Below are positions 28,021-37,837 of a stretch of DNA of 64,000 nt, piece after piece (position 1 is the stretch's first letter; each line of letters starts with the position of its first letter). Where the stretch lies: contig JBHLRZ010000018.1 in the NCBI GenBank assembly GCA_048882045.1, forward strand, positions 1,886 through 65,885, written 5' to 3'. This DNA is from Candidatus Thorarchaeota archaeon (GTDB lineage Archaea > Asgardarchaeota > Thorarchaeia > Thorarchaeales > Thorarchaeaceae). Under the pieces are notes generated by a model. It saw only the letters and a list, made by a program, of their open reading frames with translations, was not told where the DNA came from and ran no database searches. The position numbers and the translations under genes were made by a program.

Positions 28021-29928
28021 TCAAAGAAAGGTAGATGGTTTTATACAGTCACCATACTTACTTTGCGCATTTAAGAGCCTCTTCCTCTGTTCTTCAAGAA
28101 TATCAAACAGTAACTGAGGGGTATCATCAACAGTTTCCTTGTAGATCTTCGTGATTCTGTCAATCTTCCGGAGGAGTTCTGGAACTCGAGTTGTGAACTG
28201 GGTTTCATACTCATCAAGGGAGTATTCTTTGTCAAGATGAGAATGGAATAGCACATGTAGATCGTCATAGAGTGGAATGAATCCAGTAGGAGTTTCAATA
28301 GCGTCTACTTCATCATGGGCACGTAGTTCCATCCATTTCAACCAAACTGTCTTGTCGAGTTTGTCAGTGATAAAATCACCATTCTCATCTTTGAGGAAGT
28401 AGTTTACGGCAAAGATTGGAGGAACCTCATTTGCAGTTTCTGCAAAATCGAGATGATTCTGAATGTATTTTCCCAGTGGTATTGATATGAAATCGAGGTT
28501 CGAAAAAGGCTGGAACTTACGTACTCCACTAGGGCCGAGTATTGCTGCTGTGGTCTCAGACTCTAGACTGGCACCCATTGTTATTACTCCGTGGTTCCAA
28601 TCGAGTGACTGTTGGACTGGCACCCAAGTGTCCTTATCACGACCTCCATAGATAATGCCTTGAATTTGAACTCCACGAGGATCATCCAATGAACCGTCAA
28701 GGTTCGCCAATCCGTCCAGACCAATTGTGTATCGTGCGTTCTTGTTGGCATAGGGAATCTCTTCGCCATCGCGATCGACTTTTCCAGTAAACCATTCACC
28801 TGAGTGATTAATCCCGCTTTCGGGTGGTTCAAATCCATCATCCAACCATCGAGGTTCAGCATCCTCCGTAATCAGGACGTTCGAGAAGATTGCAGGTTTT
28901 TTTGTATGGAGAACATCCCAGATGACAGGGTCGTCTTTCTGTGTGACCGATCGGATAATCCCAAAGATTCCGCGCTCCACATTGACACCGCGAATTTTAC
29001 CGTCCATCACTTTCAGGTAGGTTAAGTCATCACCCACAATTGAATTTCCACGGACCATTGATGTGCTTGTCTTGCCGCAGCCTGAGGGAAATGCTCCTGT
29101 GAAGTATGTCTTTCTACCTGATGGTCCATGCACAGCCATCAGAAACATATGTTCTGCTAGCCATCCTTCACGATTTGCTTTTCGTATCGCTAGGCGAAGT
29201 GCTAGCTTCTTCAATCCGATTGTATTTCCTGCATACTGTGTGTTCATGCTATATACGGTGTTGTCTTTGTAGTCAATCATGACTCCTCGTTTCTTCCAGT
29301 CGATACTGACTGAGTGCATCAACTTTCCAGAAGAGTGGAGCATCCAGAAGATTTCCTTGTCATCAGGAAGTCTTCTAAAGTAATCATAGCCGCGTCTATA
29401 CAAGAGATCCTCACTATGAGCGACATAGAAGGAATCTGTGATTTGTACAACTGGCACAGAGAAAGGTGAGTCGAGGGGACCCAGACAGAAAAATCTGACA
29501 ACCATCTTCTTGTGGTCCATACTTCCTGACAAACGTTTTCGGACTATCTCGAGACCCTTGTCACGGTCCATCTGCGTGAGCTGCTTTCCCAAGTTATCAC
29601 CCTTGGGTGTGAGGTAGATTGTGGTTTCTTTGTCGCGAGCCTGATCATGAAAACCATCGAAGTGGACTGTGTGGTATGGATTCGCTAAAGGGGTCTCCTC
29701 ACCACGAGCAATTGCAGTCCTGCGAATGTACTCCGTGTCCATCTTTGAATCGTTGCAGATGAACACCTTCATTGGTTTGCACAACTGAATAGCTTCAGCC
29801 ACAAATTTGTGGACTTTTCTATTTGGAATAGCGAGTAGTTTTCTGAAGTTTGCATCAGTCAGTGCATTTTCCAATATTTCCATGGTTTGATTCATGGTTT
29901 GTACCTCGTTAGCGCAATGCCTTAGCAT
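28021..29928 (-). CDS. pckG: Phosphoenolpyruvate carboxykinase (GTP)
   Basis: P-loop GAFPSGCGKTSTSM (cf. FPSACGKTN), IIYGGRD, and overall GTP-PEPCK architecture. 635 aa. Alternative starts at MNQTMEIL. Confidence 0.85.
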   Translation of the reverse strand: MLRHCANEVQTMNQTMEILENALTDANFRKLLAIPNRKVHKFVAEAIQLCKPMKVFICNDSKMDTEYIRRTAIARGEETPLANPYHTVHFDGFHDQARDKETTIYLTPKGDNLGKQLTQMDRDKGLEIVRKRLSGSMDHKKMVVRFFCLGPLDSPFSVPVVQITDSFYVAHSEDLLYRRGYDYFRRLPDDKEIFWMLHSSGKLMHSVSIDWKKRGVMIDYKDNTVYSMNTQYAGNTIGLKKLALRLAIRKANREGWLAEHMFLMAVHGPSGRKTYFTGAFPSGCGKTSTSMVRGNSIVGDDLTYLKVMDGKIRGVNVERGIFGIIRSVTQKDDPVIWDVLHTKKPAIFSNVLITEDAEPRWLDDGFEPPESGINHSGEWFTGKVDRDGEEIPYANKNARYTIGLDGLANLDGSLDDPRGVQIQGIIYGGRDKDTWVPVQQSLDWNHGVITMGASLESETTAAILGPSGVRKFQPFSNLDFISIPLGKYIQNHLDFAETANEVPPIFAVNYFLKDENGDFITDKLDKTVWLKWMELRAHDEVDAIETPTGFIPLYDDLHVLFHSHLDKEYSLDEYETQFTTRVPELLRKIDRITKIYKETVDDTPQLLFDILEEQRKRLLNAQSKYGDCIKPSTFL

Positions 29929-29972
29929 GCCGAGTCAAAGACTTGAATATAATATCGTCGCCAGCTGCAATC

Positions 29973-32117
29973 CTATTTTCGCTTGATTACAAAGACAACA
30001 AACAGTACCGCAACCACAGCTCCAATCCCAATCAATCCAAGTGTAAGTACGTCAGGGCTCGTAAGCCCTCCGTCTGTTGATGTCGGAGACTCGGTTCCAG
30101 TCGGGATTGTGGTAGTACTTGTAGTTATTGTTTCTGTAGTTGTTTCAGTTGTGGTGAATCCTTCCACAGTGACTTCAACATGATCTGAAACAGTGTTTCC
30201 AGCACTATCAAGCAGAACGATTGTAAAGGTATATGTTCCAGAACTCAAGTCATCAAGTGAGTATTCAATCTGAGTCATTTCTAAACTCCAAATACCGACT
30301 TCTACAGAAATACCATCCTTCAAGATTTCATAGCTGAGTGGATTTAGGTCATAGACATTCCAGACAATGGAAAAACCAATTTCTCCCTCTTGGAAGACTA
30401 TATCCTCTGGGGAATCAACAGATGGAATAGTCGTGTCCACTACTGAGATAGTAAGGACATGTGAAACATAGTTATCAGAGGGATCATATGCTCTAACTTC
30501 GATGTGGTATACATCTAAACTCAATGGGATAGTATTCTCCATTAATCCGTCATTGATTATGAAATCGCTGCTGTTTACCCACCACCTATTGATGCCATAG
30601 TAATCCGTAGCAAACAGCTGATAGGATAATGAGGACCCACTCTCAATGATTTGGTCCTCTGGAGTTTCTACCCATTCTGGACTCGTGGTATCGTGGATAT
30701 TCACAATCACCTCATCAGTTGTTGAGATTCCACTGAGAGTTGAAACAGAAACAGAATATGTGTAGGTCCCAGGATCTAGATCAAAGAAGGGAGTTGAAAC
30801 ATTTCTTCCATCCCAAGTATCCTCTTGGAGGATGTCACTGTTCAAAGAAATAGAGAAGCAACATGGTCGGAATGCAGATGCTGACCAATCGATGACACCA
30901 CTTGCTGGTGCTTCGAGAATCAAGTCAACTGGTGAGCTTAGGTAGAGTATGTACCGAGGATCATTATCCGAACTACCTCGATCTCCAGAGATCTTGTATG
31001 TCGAGGTTCCAGTATAATCTGACCAAGCATTTGTATCCCAATTATTCACCAGACCTTTGATAGGTCCTCCAACGAAATCTATTGCATTTGATCCAGAACT
31101 GAATCCAATCTCGTTGTAATGTACTGATGCACCAGTAACTCCGATTAGGTATAAACCAACTCCCGAGTTCTTAAAGACAGTATTATTAAGAATCGAAATG
31201 TCCTGACTGTCCTTCAGATGGATTCCGTAATCAGAATTTAATCTGACATTGTTTGACTGGAGAGTCCCCGTATTAACCTCATAGAGTGATATTCCAGACT
31301 TGTTTTTGATTAGTTCAGAAGATGTGACATTGCAGTCTTGAGAATAGGCGATATAAACACCATATTGGGAGTATTGAACTAGGTTGCTTTCAGACGTGCA
31401 TCGCAGACCATTGTGGAAGTAGATACCGAATATTGCACTCATTACATCATTTGAATAGGTGATGGCTTCAACACTATTGATGATAAGAATGCCATAATCA
31501 CTGTCATCAATTACATTGTTTGCTATATCTGTATAATCTGTCTTTGAAAGATGGATTCCGTAGTCAGATTTCTTGATGTCATTACCTTTTACTGATATCC
31601 AAGTGGATTGTGTAATGTATATACCAGTTCCAAGCCTCGAGAACCTGTTGTTTTCGAATTTGCCTGTTTCCGATTTCTGAACAGAAATTCCAGCAGCGAG
31701 GAAATGGATGTAGGAATTATTTACTACCCCGTTAGTCACCTTTTCGAGGTAGATACCTGTACCAGTCTTATCATCCCAGGATGTCAGTTCACAGTTCTCA
31801 ATAACAAAGAAAACCGATGTGGAAACTATGCTGATGCAAGGATTATCAAACCAGCCATTATTGATTAGAAGATCCTTGATCAAGTAGGGAGATACCTTGG
31901 ACCCATTTCCCTCAAAACCAAGATCCTTGAAGTCATTATCACTGGATATTGAGATTGGAGCATGAGGTGTCAATGACGGGGAATACAACTTGTCGGATGG
32001 AGGACTGGATTCAAGAACCGTTGAGAAGGGGGCTAATGTTAGGGAGAGAGAAAAGAGAATAACAATACTGATACAAATAGCAAGAATTCTTCCTCTACAG
32101 GTCACTCTTTTCTGCAA
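29973..32117 (-). CDS. Secreted surface protein with right-handed parallel beta-helix (PbH1) repeats, Ig-like domains, Thr-rich linker and C-terminal TM anchor
   Basis: Repeats of the type NNVIDDSDYGILIINS and NNTVFKNSGVGLYLIG. A TTTETTTETITTSTTTIPTGTESPTSTDGG linker, then TM and KRK. Confidence 0.7.
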   Translation of the reverse strand: MQKRVTCRGRILAICISIVILFSLSLTLAPFSTVLESSPPSDKLYSPSLTPHAPISISSDNDFKDLGFEGNGSKVSPYLIKDLLINNGWFDNPCISIVSTSVFFVIENCELTSWDDKTGTGIYLEKVTNGVVNNSYIHFLAAGISVQKSETGKFENNRFSRLGTGIYITQSTWISVKGNDIKKSDYGIHLSKTDYTDIANNVIDDSDYGILIINSVEAITYSNDVMSAIFGIYFHNGLRCTSESNLVQYSQYGVYIAYSQDCNVTSSELIKNKSGISLYEVNTGTLQSNNVRLNSDYGIHLKDSQDISILNNTVFKNSGVGLYLIGVTGASVHYNEIGFSSGSNAIDFVGGPIKGLVNNWDTNAWSDYTGTSTYKISGDRGSSDNDPRYILYLSSPVDLILEAPASGVIDWSASAFRPCCFSISLNSDILQEDTWDGRNVSTPFFDLDPGTYTYSVSVSTLSGISTTDEVIVNIHDTTSPEWVETPEDQIIESGSSLSYQLFATDYYGINRWWVNSSDFIINDGLMENTIPLSLDVYHIEVRAYDPSDNYVSHVLTISVVDTTIPSVDSPEDIVFQEGEIGFSIVWNVYDLNPLSYEILKDGISVEVGIWSLEMTQIEYSLDDLSSGTYTFTIVLLDSAGNTVSDHVEVTVEGFTTTETTTETITTSTTTIPTGTESPTSTDGGLTSPDVLTLGLIGIGAVVAVLFVVFVIKRK

Positions 32118-32457
32118 TTATTCGCCTCCAAGGCACGAGGAGGCGCGGCCACTCATGTTTGCGTGTCTGCACTCGTTTTACTTGTAGATATTTCATGTCT
32201 TAAGCTTCATAGTAAAAGCCATCTCCGATTTCCTTATCCAAAAATCGAAAATATCATATCAAGAATCGCAAAATGTTGTCAAATATCGCACTAAACCTAT
32301 CTCATTGCGCATGCTTTGCTGGAGAGGAAAGTAGTGAATGTTTTTTGCCTCATTATGTTCATTGAAAAATGTCACTGACGACAAGACTAAAATGTGAGAG
32401 AGAAGCGACAACGGCTCAGAAGCTTGAGGTCAGGTAGAAACCATTGTTGGTGATTCT

Positions 32458-34641
32458 ATGTTGAAGGAGTTCAACTATGATATACCGAAGATTGAGCGTG
32501 GATATGCAAATCAGACGCTCTATGTGAATCTAGGCAGCAAAGAAATCAAAATCAAACCTGTTGATGACAAGATGAAGGAAACCTTCACAGGAGGGAAGGG
32601 TTTCGATCTGTGGCTCATGTGGAACGCCCTGCCCAAAGACCGGATTGTCAAATGGGATGACGAAGAGAACGTGATATGCATAGCGACTGGACCTCTCGGG
32701 GGAGTGACCCAGTACCCTGGTGCAGGTAAATCGATAGTCACTTCAATTTCCCCAACAACTGGGATTGCAATAGACAGCAATGTGGGAGGATATGCTGGTC
32801 CAAACCTGAAGTTTGCAGGTTTTGACGCAATGGAGATTCAGGGCAAGGCAGAGAAAGACATCTACATCTTTATTGATGGAGACCATGGTAAGATTGAGAT
32901 TCACGATGCAGAAGACCTCCCGGATACCGCATATGAAATTACCCGAGTCCTTTCTGAGCGGCACACCGAGAAGGAGGGAAAAGATATGGCTGTCGTGACA
33001 TCTGGTCCTGCAGCAGAACACGCTTGGATGGGTTGCCTGAACTTCAGCTGGTGGGATATGAGGCGGAATATTCCGCGGTACAAACAGGCGGGAAGGGGAG
33101 GAATTGGGACTGTCTTTAGGAATAAGAAGATCAAGGCAATCGTGATGAAGAAGGAAAAGATCACTCTCGATATGAATGGACCAGCAGACATAGATGCCAT
33201 CAAGGAAGTTGGTCGCGACCACTCTGGCGAGATTCTTGAGCTAGACAAAGTACAGAACAGAATGAGAGTGATTGGTACTGTACACCTTCCATCCATTATG
33301 GATGAGTTCGACCTTCTTCCAACTCGTAACTTTAGGACAGGCAGTGACCCTGAGGCAAAGAACATCTTTGGTGAGGTCTGGGAGGAGATATTCACCAATT
33401 CTGGCAAGGGCTGGGACGGATGCTGGAGACCCTGTGCGATCAACTGCTCACACTGCATCGAAGGATTCGTTCCTAAGACTGGGCCATTCAAAGGCAAGAA
33501 CGTTCTCGTAGATGGGCCAGAGTATGAAACAATTGCTGGCTGTGGGTCCAACCTTGGGATTTTCGACCCACACTATGTTGCTGAGTTGAATTTTTACTGC
33601 GATGCGTACGGGATTGACACCATTAGCTTCGGTACGACCATGGGTTTCGTCATGGAGCTCTTTGAAGAGGGTCACATTGACGAGAAGGCAACAGGAGGCC
33701 ACAAACTCCAGTGGGGAGCTTCTGAAGAAACTCTCGCGATATTGCATGAGATGGCTGAAGGCAAAGGCTTTGGTGCTGAGCACTTCGGGAAGGGAAGCCA
33801 CTATCTCAAGGGATACTTCGGTGACAAGTTCGGTGTCGACAAACAAGTAATGCAGGACATAGCTATGGAACATAAGGGCCTTGAGTACTCAGAGTATGTA
33901 ACGAAAGAGAGTCTTGCGCAGCAGGGTGGGTACGGTCTCACGCTGAAAGGACCACAGCATGATGAGGCTTGGTTGATCTTCATGGATCAGGTTCATAATT
34001 ACATTCCAACCTTTGAGGACAAGGCAGAGGCGCTTCATTACTTCCCAATGTGGCGTACATGGTTTGGGCTCAATGGACTCTGCAAGCTGCCTTGGAACGA
34101 TGTTGTACCAGCGGACAACGCAGACACTGATGAACCAGCCAAGGTCCCTGGGCATGTGGCATTCTACGCAAGGTTCTTCGAAGCCATGACAGGAAAGCCC
34201 ACAAAGGGAGATGACCTGATTACAATGTCCGAGAAGGTCTACAATTTCCAGAGGATATTCAATATCCGACAAGGGAAGGGTCTCAGAATACACGATTCGT
34301 TCATACCCTATAGGAGTGCGGGACCAGTGACTGACTGGGAGTACGAGTCAAGGGCTGACCGTTATGATGAGCAGCTCAAGGAGATGGGTGTGGACATCTC
34401 AGGAATGAACACCTCTGAGAAGAACAAGAAGCTTCGTGAGTATAGAGAGGAGCAGTATCGACTCCTTACTGATGCAGCCTACAAACGAAGAGGTTGGACT
34501 CGAAATGGTGTTCCCACTATGGACAATGTGAAGAAGCTGGGAATCGATTGGATTCCAGAAGTCATAGACATTGTGAAGAAGTATGAAGGAACAGAACCGC
34601 CTAAGGAAACACTACCAGCCTCTGATGAAGCTTGGAAATAG
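32458..34641 (+). CDS. Aldehyde:ferredoxin oxidoreductase (AOR) family tungsten/molybdopterin enzyme (long, 727 aa; GAPOR/FOR-like size)
   Basis: AOR N-terminal domain (NLGSKEIKIKPVDDKMKETFTGGKGFDLWLMWNAL), a Cys cluster (DGCWRPCAINCSHC), and the C-terminal motif DAYGIDTISFGTTMGFVMELFEEG. Confidence 0.8.
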   Translation: MLKEFNYDIPKIERGYANQTLYVNLGSKEIKIKPVDDKMKETFTGGKGFDLWLMWNALPKDRIVKWDDEENVICIATGPLGGVTQYPGAGKSIVTSISPTTGIAIDSNVGGYAGPNLKFAGFDAMEIQGKAEKDIYIFIDGDHGKIEIHDAEDLPDTAYEITRVLSERHTEKEGKDMAVVTSGPAAEHAWMGCLNFSWWDMRRNIPRYKQAGRGGIGTVFRNKKIKAIVMKKEKITLDMNGPADIDAIKEVGRDHSGEILELDKVQNRMRVIGTVHLPSIMDEFDLLPTRNFRTGSDPEAKNIFGEVWEEIFTNSGKGWDGCWRPCAINCSHCIEGFVPKTGPFKGKNVLVDGPEYETIAGCGSNLGIFDPHYVAELNFYCDAYGIDTISFGTTMGFVMELFEEGHIDEKATGGHKLQWGASEETLAILHEMAEGKGFGAEHFGKGSHYLKGYFGDKFGVDKQVMQDIAMEHKGLEYSEYVTKESLAQQGGYGLTLKGPQHDEAWLIFMDQVHNYIPTFEDKAEALHYFPMWRTWFGLNGLCKLPWNDVVPADNADTDEPAKVPGHVAFYARFFEAMTGKPTKGDDLITMSEKVYNFQRIFNIRQGKGLRIHDSFIPYRSAGPVTDWEYESRADRYDEQLKEMGVDISGMNTSEKNKKLREYREEQYRLLTDAAYKRRGWTRNGVPTMDNVKKLGIDWIPEVIDIVKKYEGTEPPKETLPASDEAWK

Positions 34642-34680
34642 ACAGAAGTGTATCCTGTTTCTCAGAAGGTTCAGAGGAAA

Positions 34681-35421
34681 TTAAATTCCTCTTACCTGTA
34701 ATCTCTTCCAATATAGGACTCCTATGATGGCTATTTCAATTGCAATCCCAAATATAATTAAAATTTCCAATGGAGCGATTGGTAAAACTCCATAGATTGG
34801 GTCATAGGAATCAAGATTGCATTCAACAAGTTCCCGTGTAGATGCTGAGGAAGACCCATCACCCCATTGAGAACATACACGTTTTATTAGAACACCATAG
34901 TGGATATCGTAGTAATAGAAATGATAGTGGGCGGAATCTGAGCTGTAGTCTTTTCGAGCAACCCAGCAGGTGAAATCACCTGCTTCTGTTTCAATGTTTC
35001 GGGATGCGGATATAATTTCACAGATGCCTTCACCTGGAATGGTTACATTTCCATTCCTAGACCAATGAGAAACATTCATCCAAAGTGGGTGTAGAGGTCC
35101 AAAATCAGCTCCCACAGAATCCACAGCATACCACTCAGGTAAAGTAACCTCAGCTTCTTCCGTACCGTCATCATCAGTTATCTGTAATGAAATGATTGAA
35201 TCTTTTGTAATCCAACCATTGACGAAATAATCGTATGCTCTGAGGTTTCCTGTACTAGCTCCAAATTGTTGATAGGCTTCATATTTCAAATTAAGTCCGA
35301 TTGGAAATTCAGGAGATTCGATAGCATGAGCCGTATGAAGTGGTACAAAACAAGTAAGAATCAAGACACCGAACAATAGTATACATGAGTGTCCCATCCT
35401 TCGAACCCCACTCATCCTCAT
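34681..35421 (-). CDS. Small secreted anchored protein, member of the EFPIG/DFPIG paralog family (C-terminal Glu-containing TM)
   Basis: Signal peptide, then AIESPEFPIGLNLKY. The LPEWYAVD block resembles 38318..39031. C-terminus: APLEILIIFGIAIEIAIIGVLYWKRLQVRGI. The ORF is open up to 35454 (GTG). Confidence 0.6.
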   Translation of the reverse strand: MRMSGVRRMGHSCILLFGVLILTCFVPLHTAHAIESPEFPIGLNLKYEAYQQFGASTGNLRAYDYFVNGWITKDSIISLQITDDDGTEEAEVTLPEWYAVDSVGADFGPLHPLWMNVSHWSRNGNVTIPGEGICEIISASRNIETEAGDFTCWVARKDYSSDSAHYHFYYYDIHYGVLIKRVCSQWGDGSSSASTRELVECNLDSYDPIYGVLPIAPLEILIIFGIAIEIAIIGVLYWKRLQVRGI

Positions 35422-35467
35422 GTGACATACTCTTGAGTGGAAATAAATCCTCACTTTTCTTCAAAGA

Positions 35468-35641
35468 GATGTTGCAGCATACACGCAACGAGGTTGGACA
35501 CGGAATGGTGTGCCCACTATGGGCAAGGTGAAGAAACTGGGTTTTGACGGGATCTCTGAGGTGATAGACATTATGAAGAAGCATGAAGGAACAGAACCTC
35601 CGAAGGAAACACTACCAGCCTTTGATGAAGCATGGAAATAG
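35468..35641 (+). pseudogene. Remnant of an AOR gene 3' end (last ~55 codons), about 82% nt identity to 34477..34641
   Basis: Translates in frame to …RGWTRNGVPTMGKVKKLGFDGISEVIDIMKKHEGTEPPKETLPAFDEAWK*, against …RGWTRNGVPTMDNVKKLGIDWIPEVIDIVKKYEGTEPPKETLPASDEAWK* for the intact gene. Confidence 0.8.
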
Positions 35642-35775
35642 AAGCAGATGTAAGAGGAGTATAATACCAACCCTCACCTTTCTAATCTTTATTAGATAGG
35701 AATGTCAGTGGATAGTGTAATTTTGTACTGAAAAATATCCTGGACTCCGATAAACAATCATAAGGATAGTCATGG

Positions 35776-36747
35776 ATGGCGGAATCCTTTTTGCTAACCA
35801 CGCACTCTTTTATGCGGGCATTCGCAATGCGGAGCATTATCAAAGGATTATCATTCTTTATACTCATTCTTCTACTACTAACTTCACCTACAGATATGCT
35901 GACTGAAAAAGCCAGAACTGTGAGATATATCACAGCAGGAGGGTCAGTATCAACTTCAGATCCTTACGGATTTATCAAAATAAGGGGTGGAGAATATATT
36001 GTTAAAAACGGTGTCTGGGGAGCAGAAACCTCACAGACAGTAACTGTACCAGACACCGATGTTTGCAAATTCAGTGTGACACATTCAGAACACTCTCAAG
36101 ACCATGTTGCTTCTTACGCATCTATCGGCAAAGGTTCTTGTTGGAGTCTGACAACTTCAGGTTGGAAATCAATACTCATCAATGATCTTGAATATGTGTC
36201 TTTCAATTGGAGTGTAAATAATTATCGTCCATCTGGAGTATATTGTATTATGGCTGAATCTTGGTTCAGCTCAAGGCTTGACACAAGCTCGGGTTACTCT
36301 GGCGGAGGGGAACTGCTGATTTGGCTTGATACACAAGGGATGGTTCCAGGGGGAAGTAAGGTCGGTGATTTCGGTTCTTATGAAGTCTGGTACGACTTAG
36401 TTGATCATAACTACATATGTTATCACATGACCGGACAAAACTCAGCTGAGATTAACCTCCTTGACTTCATCAATGATGCTGTAAGTAGGGGATATCTCAA
36501 CTCAACATGGTATTTACATGATATTGAAGCTGGATTTGAAATCTGTAGTGGGGGTGAGGGGCTCCTGCTTGAGTCATTCAATGTTTCAGTCAAAGAAAAT
36601 ACATCAGCTACATCTTCATCAGCTACATCAACTACATCTTCATCAACCACATCAGCGGAGTTTCCTGACATTTTACTAAATCTAGGAATCAGTGGACTGC
36701 TGGTTATAGTTATTATACTGATTGTACTAAAACTCAAGAAAAAGTGA
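35776..36747 (+). CDS. Glycoside hydrolase family 12-like endo-beta-1,4-glucanase with signal peptide, Ser/Thr-rich linker and C-terminal TM anchor
   Basis: GGGELLIWLDTQGMVPGGSKVGDFGSYEVWYD and IEAGFEICSG align to the GH12 catalytic blocks (YELMIWL…PIGS…TWELWYG … QFGTEPFTG). Linker TSATSSSATSTTSSSTTSAE, then TM and KLKKK. Confidence 0.7.
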   Translation: MAESFLLTTHSFMRAFAMRSIIKGLSFFILILLLLTSPTDMLTEKARTVRYITAGGSVSTSDPYGFIKIRGGEYIVKNGVWGAETSQTVTVPDTDVCKFSVTHSEHSQDHVASYASIGKGSCWSLTTSGWKSILINDLEYVSFNWSVNNYRPSGVYCIMAESWFSSRLDTSSGYSGGGELLIWLDTQGMVPGGSKVGDFGSYEVWYDLVDHNYICYHMTGQNSAEINLLDFINDAVSRGYLNSTWYLHDIEAGFEICSGGEGLLLESFNVSVKENTSATSSSATSTTSSSTTSAEFPDILLNLGISGLLVIVIILIVLKLKKK

Positions 36748-36774
36748 GATCAGGCAGCAATTGATGACATCAGA

Positions 36775-36816
36775 TGGGAAACACTACCCGCATCGGGTAG
36801 AGCATGGAATTAATGA
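36775..36816 (+). pseudogene. Second, shorter remnant of the AOR 3' end (…ETLPASGRAWN*)
   Basis: GGAAACACTACC is shared exactly with the AOR gene end. The in-frame translation ETLPASGRAWN* compares with ETLPASDEAWK*. Confidence 0.5.
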
Positions 36817-36860
36817 ATAACGATGAGGGTTATGGGATCATCAATCACCCTTTTCATTTC

Positions 36861-37670
36861 CTATCCTTTGTCTGTTGATTGTTTCCATACACAAAACAGC
36901 ACTATGATCATACACTCAATAACTATTCCAGCACTGAGAATGACATTAATGTCCATCGAAGGCGGCTCAGTTCTTGAAGTGGGACTAGTTGTATAGGTTG
37001 TTGAGGTAGTGGTGGTGGTTGGAATGGTAGTGGTTGTAGTTGTTTGAAGCAGCGGAGCATAGTTGTGAAGATTGGTATCCATGAGGAAAAGATCCGATTT
37101 TTCAAACGGAGAACTTCCGTCAGTGCTGTTCGTTTCTCTGTCGTAGTCTACTAATATTCCAAGAAATGAATGATACCCGAGCATTGTTTTGATAACAAGA
37201 TTGCCACTCTGCGTTTCGTTCCAAAGGAGGAACCACTCATAGGATCCCTCTGCTGTTGATGTGAGACCCGTATGATGAACTACGTAGTTAATTCCAGAGA
37301 ATTCGTACATATCGTCGATTTCCCAATATGCAACATTTCTCCATATTGGGGGATTCCCTGGAATATCGATATGAACATCGTGGAGAGGTTGAACTAAAGT
37401 CGTTGTATCGCCATCATGATTTCTCGAATATTCAACAACTCTGTTTAGTTCGTCAATCCAACTCGTGAAATCGTAAGTGATGTCATATTCATAATCTGGA
37501 TAGTCATAGGGATCATCGATGTACACAGCGATATTGTAATGCATATGCAAACCAATTGGAAAGTCATCACCTTGGGCATCTACAATTGGACAAGTAATAG
37601 AGCCTATTAGAAGTAGTGCGATGATTATTGACAGGAGTGTATCCCCCAGGCTTTTTGACATCCTGACCAC
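36861..37670 (-). CDS. Small secreted anchored protein, DFPIG paralog family
   Basis: Signal peptide, then AQGDDFPIGLHMHYNI…YEYDITYDF. Thr-rich linker. C-terminus: PSMDINVILSAGIVIECMIIVLFCVWKQSTDKG. Confidence 0.65.
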   Translation of the reverse strand: MVRMSKSLGDTLLSIIIALLLIGSITCPIVDAQGDDFPIGLHMHYNIAVYIDDPYDYPDYEYDITYDFTSWIDELNRVVEYSRNHDGDTTTLVQPLHDVHIDIPGNPPIWRNVAYWEIDDMYEFSGINYVVHHTGLTSTAEGSYEWFLLWNETQSGNLVIKTMLGYHSFLGILVDYDRETNSTDGSSPFEKSDLFLMDTNLHNYAPLLQTTTTTTIPTTTTTSTTYTTSPTSRTEPPSMDINVILSAGIVIECMIIVLFCVWKQSTDKG

Positions 37671-37837
37671 CCATTTTCTAATTGAATATCATCCTTAAGC
37701 GTGATATACCTTGTCAATTCGATTTCTCTTTCTATGGGAATAGGGATTTGTCTGGTATCACCCATTTCTACCTTTCAACTAGTTCGAATAAAGCAACTAT
37801 CAAAGGATTCTTTACGCTAAAACGCTAAAGATTTCAG

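Noticed and set aside
35309-35670. Minus-strand ORFs of 69 and 91 aa over the AOR 3' remnant
   Set aside because: The region aligns in frame to the AOR C-terminus on the plus strand, so these are antisense artefacts.
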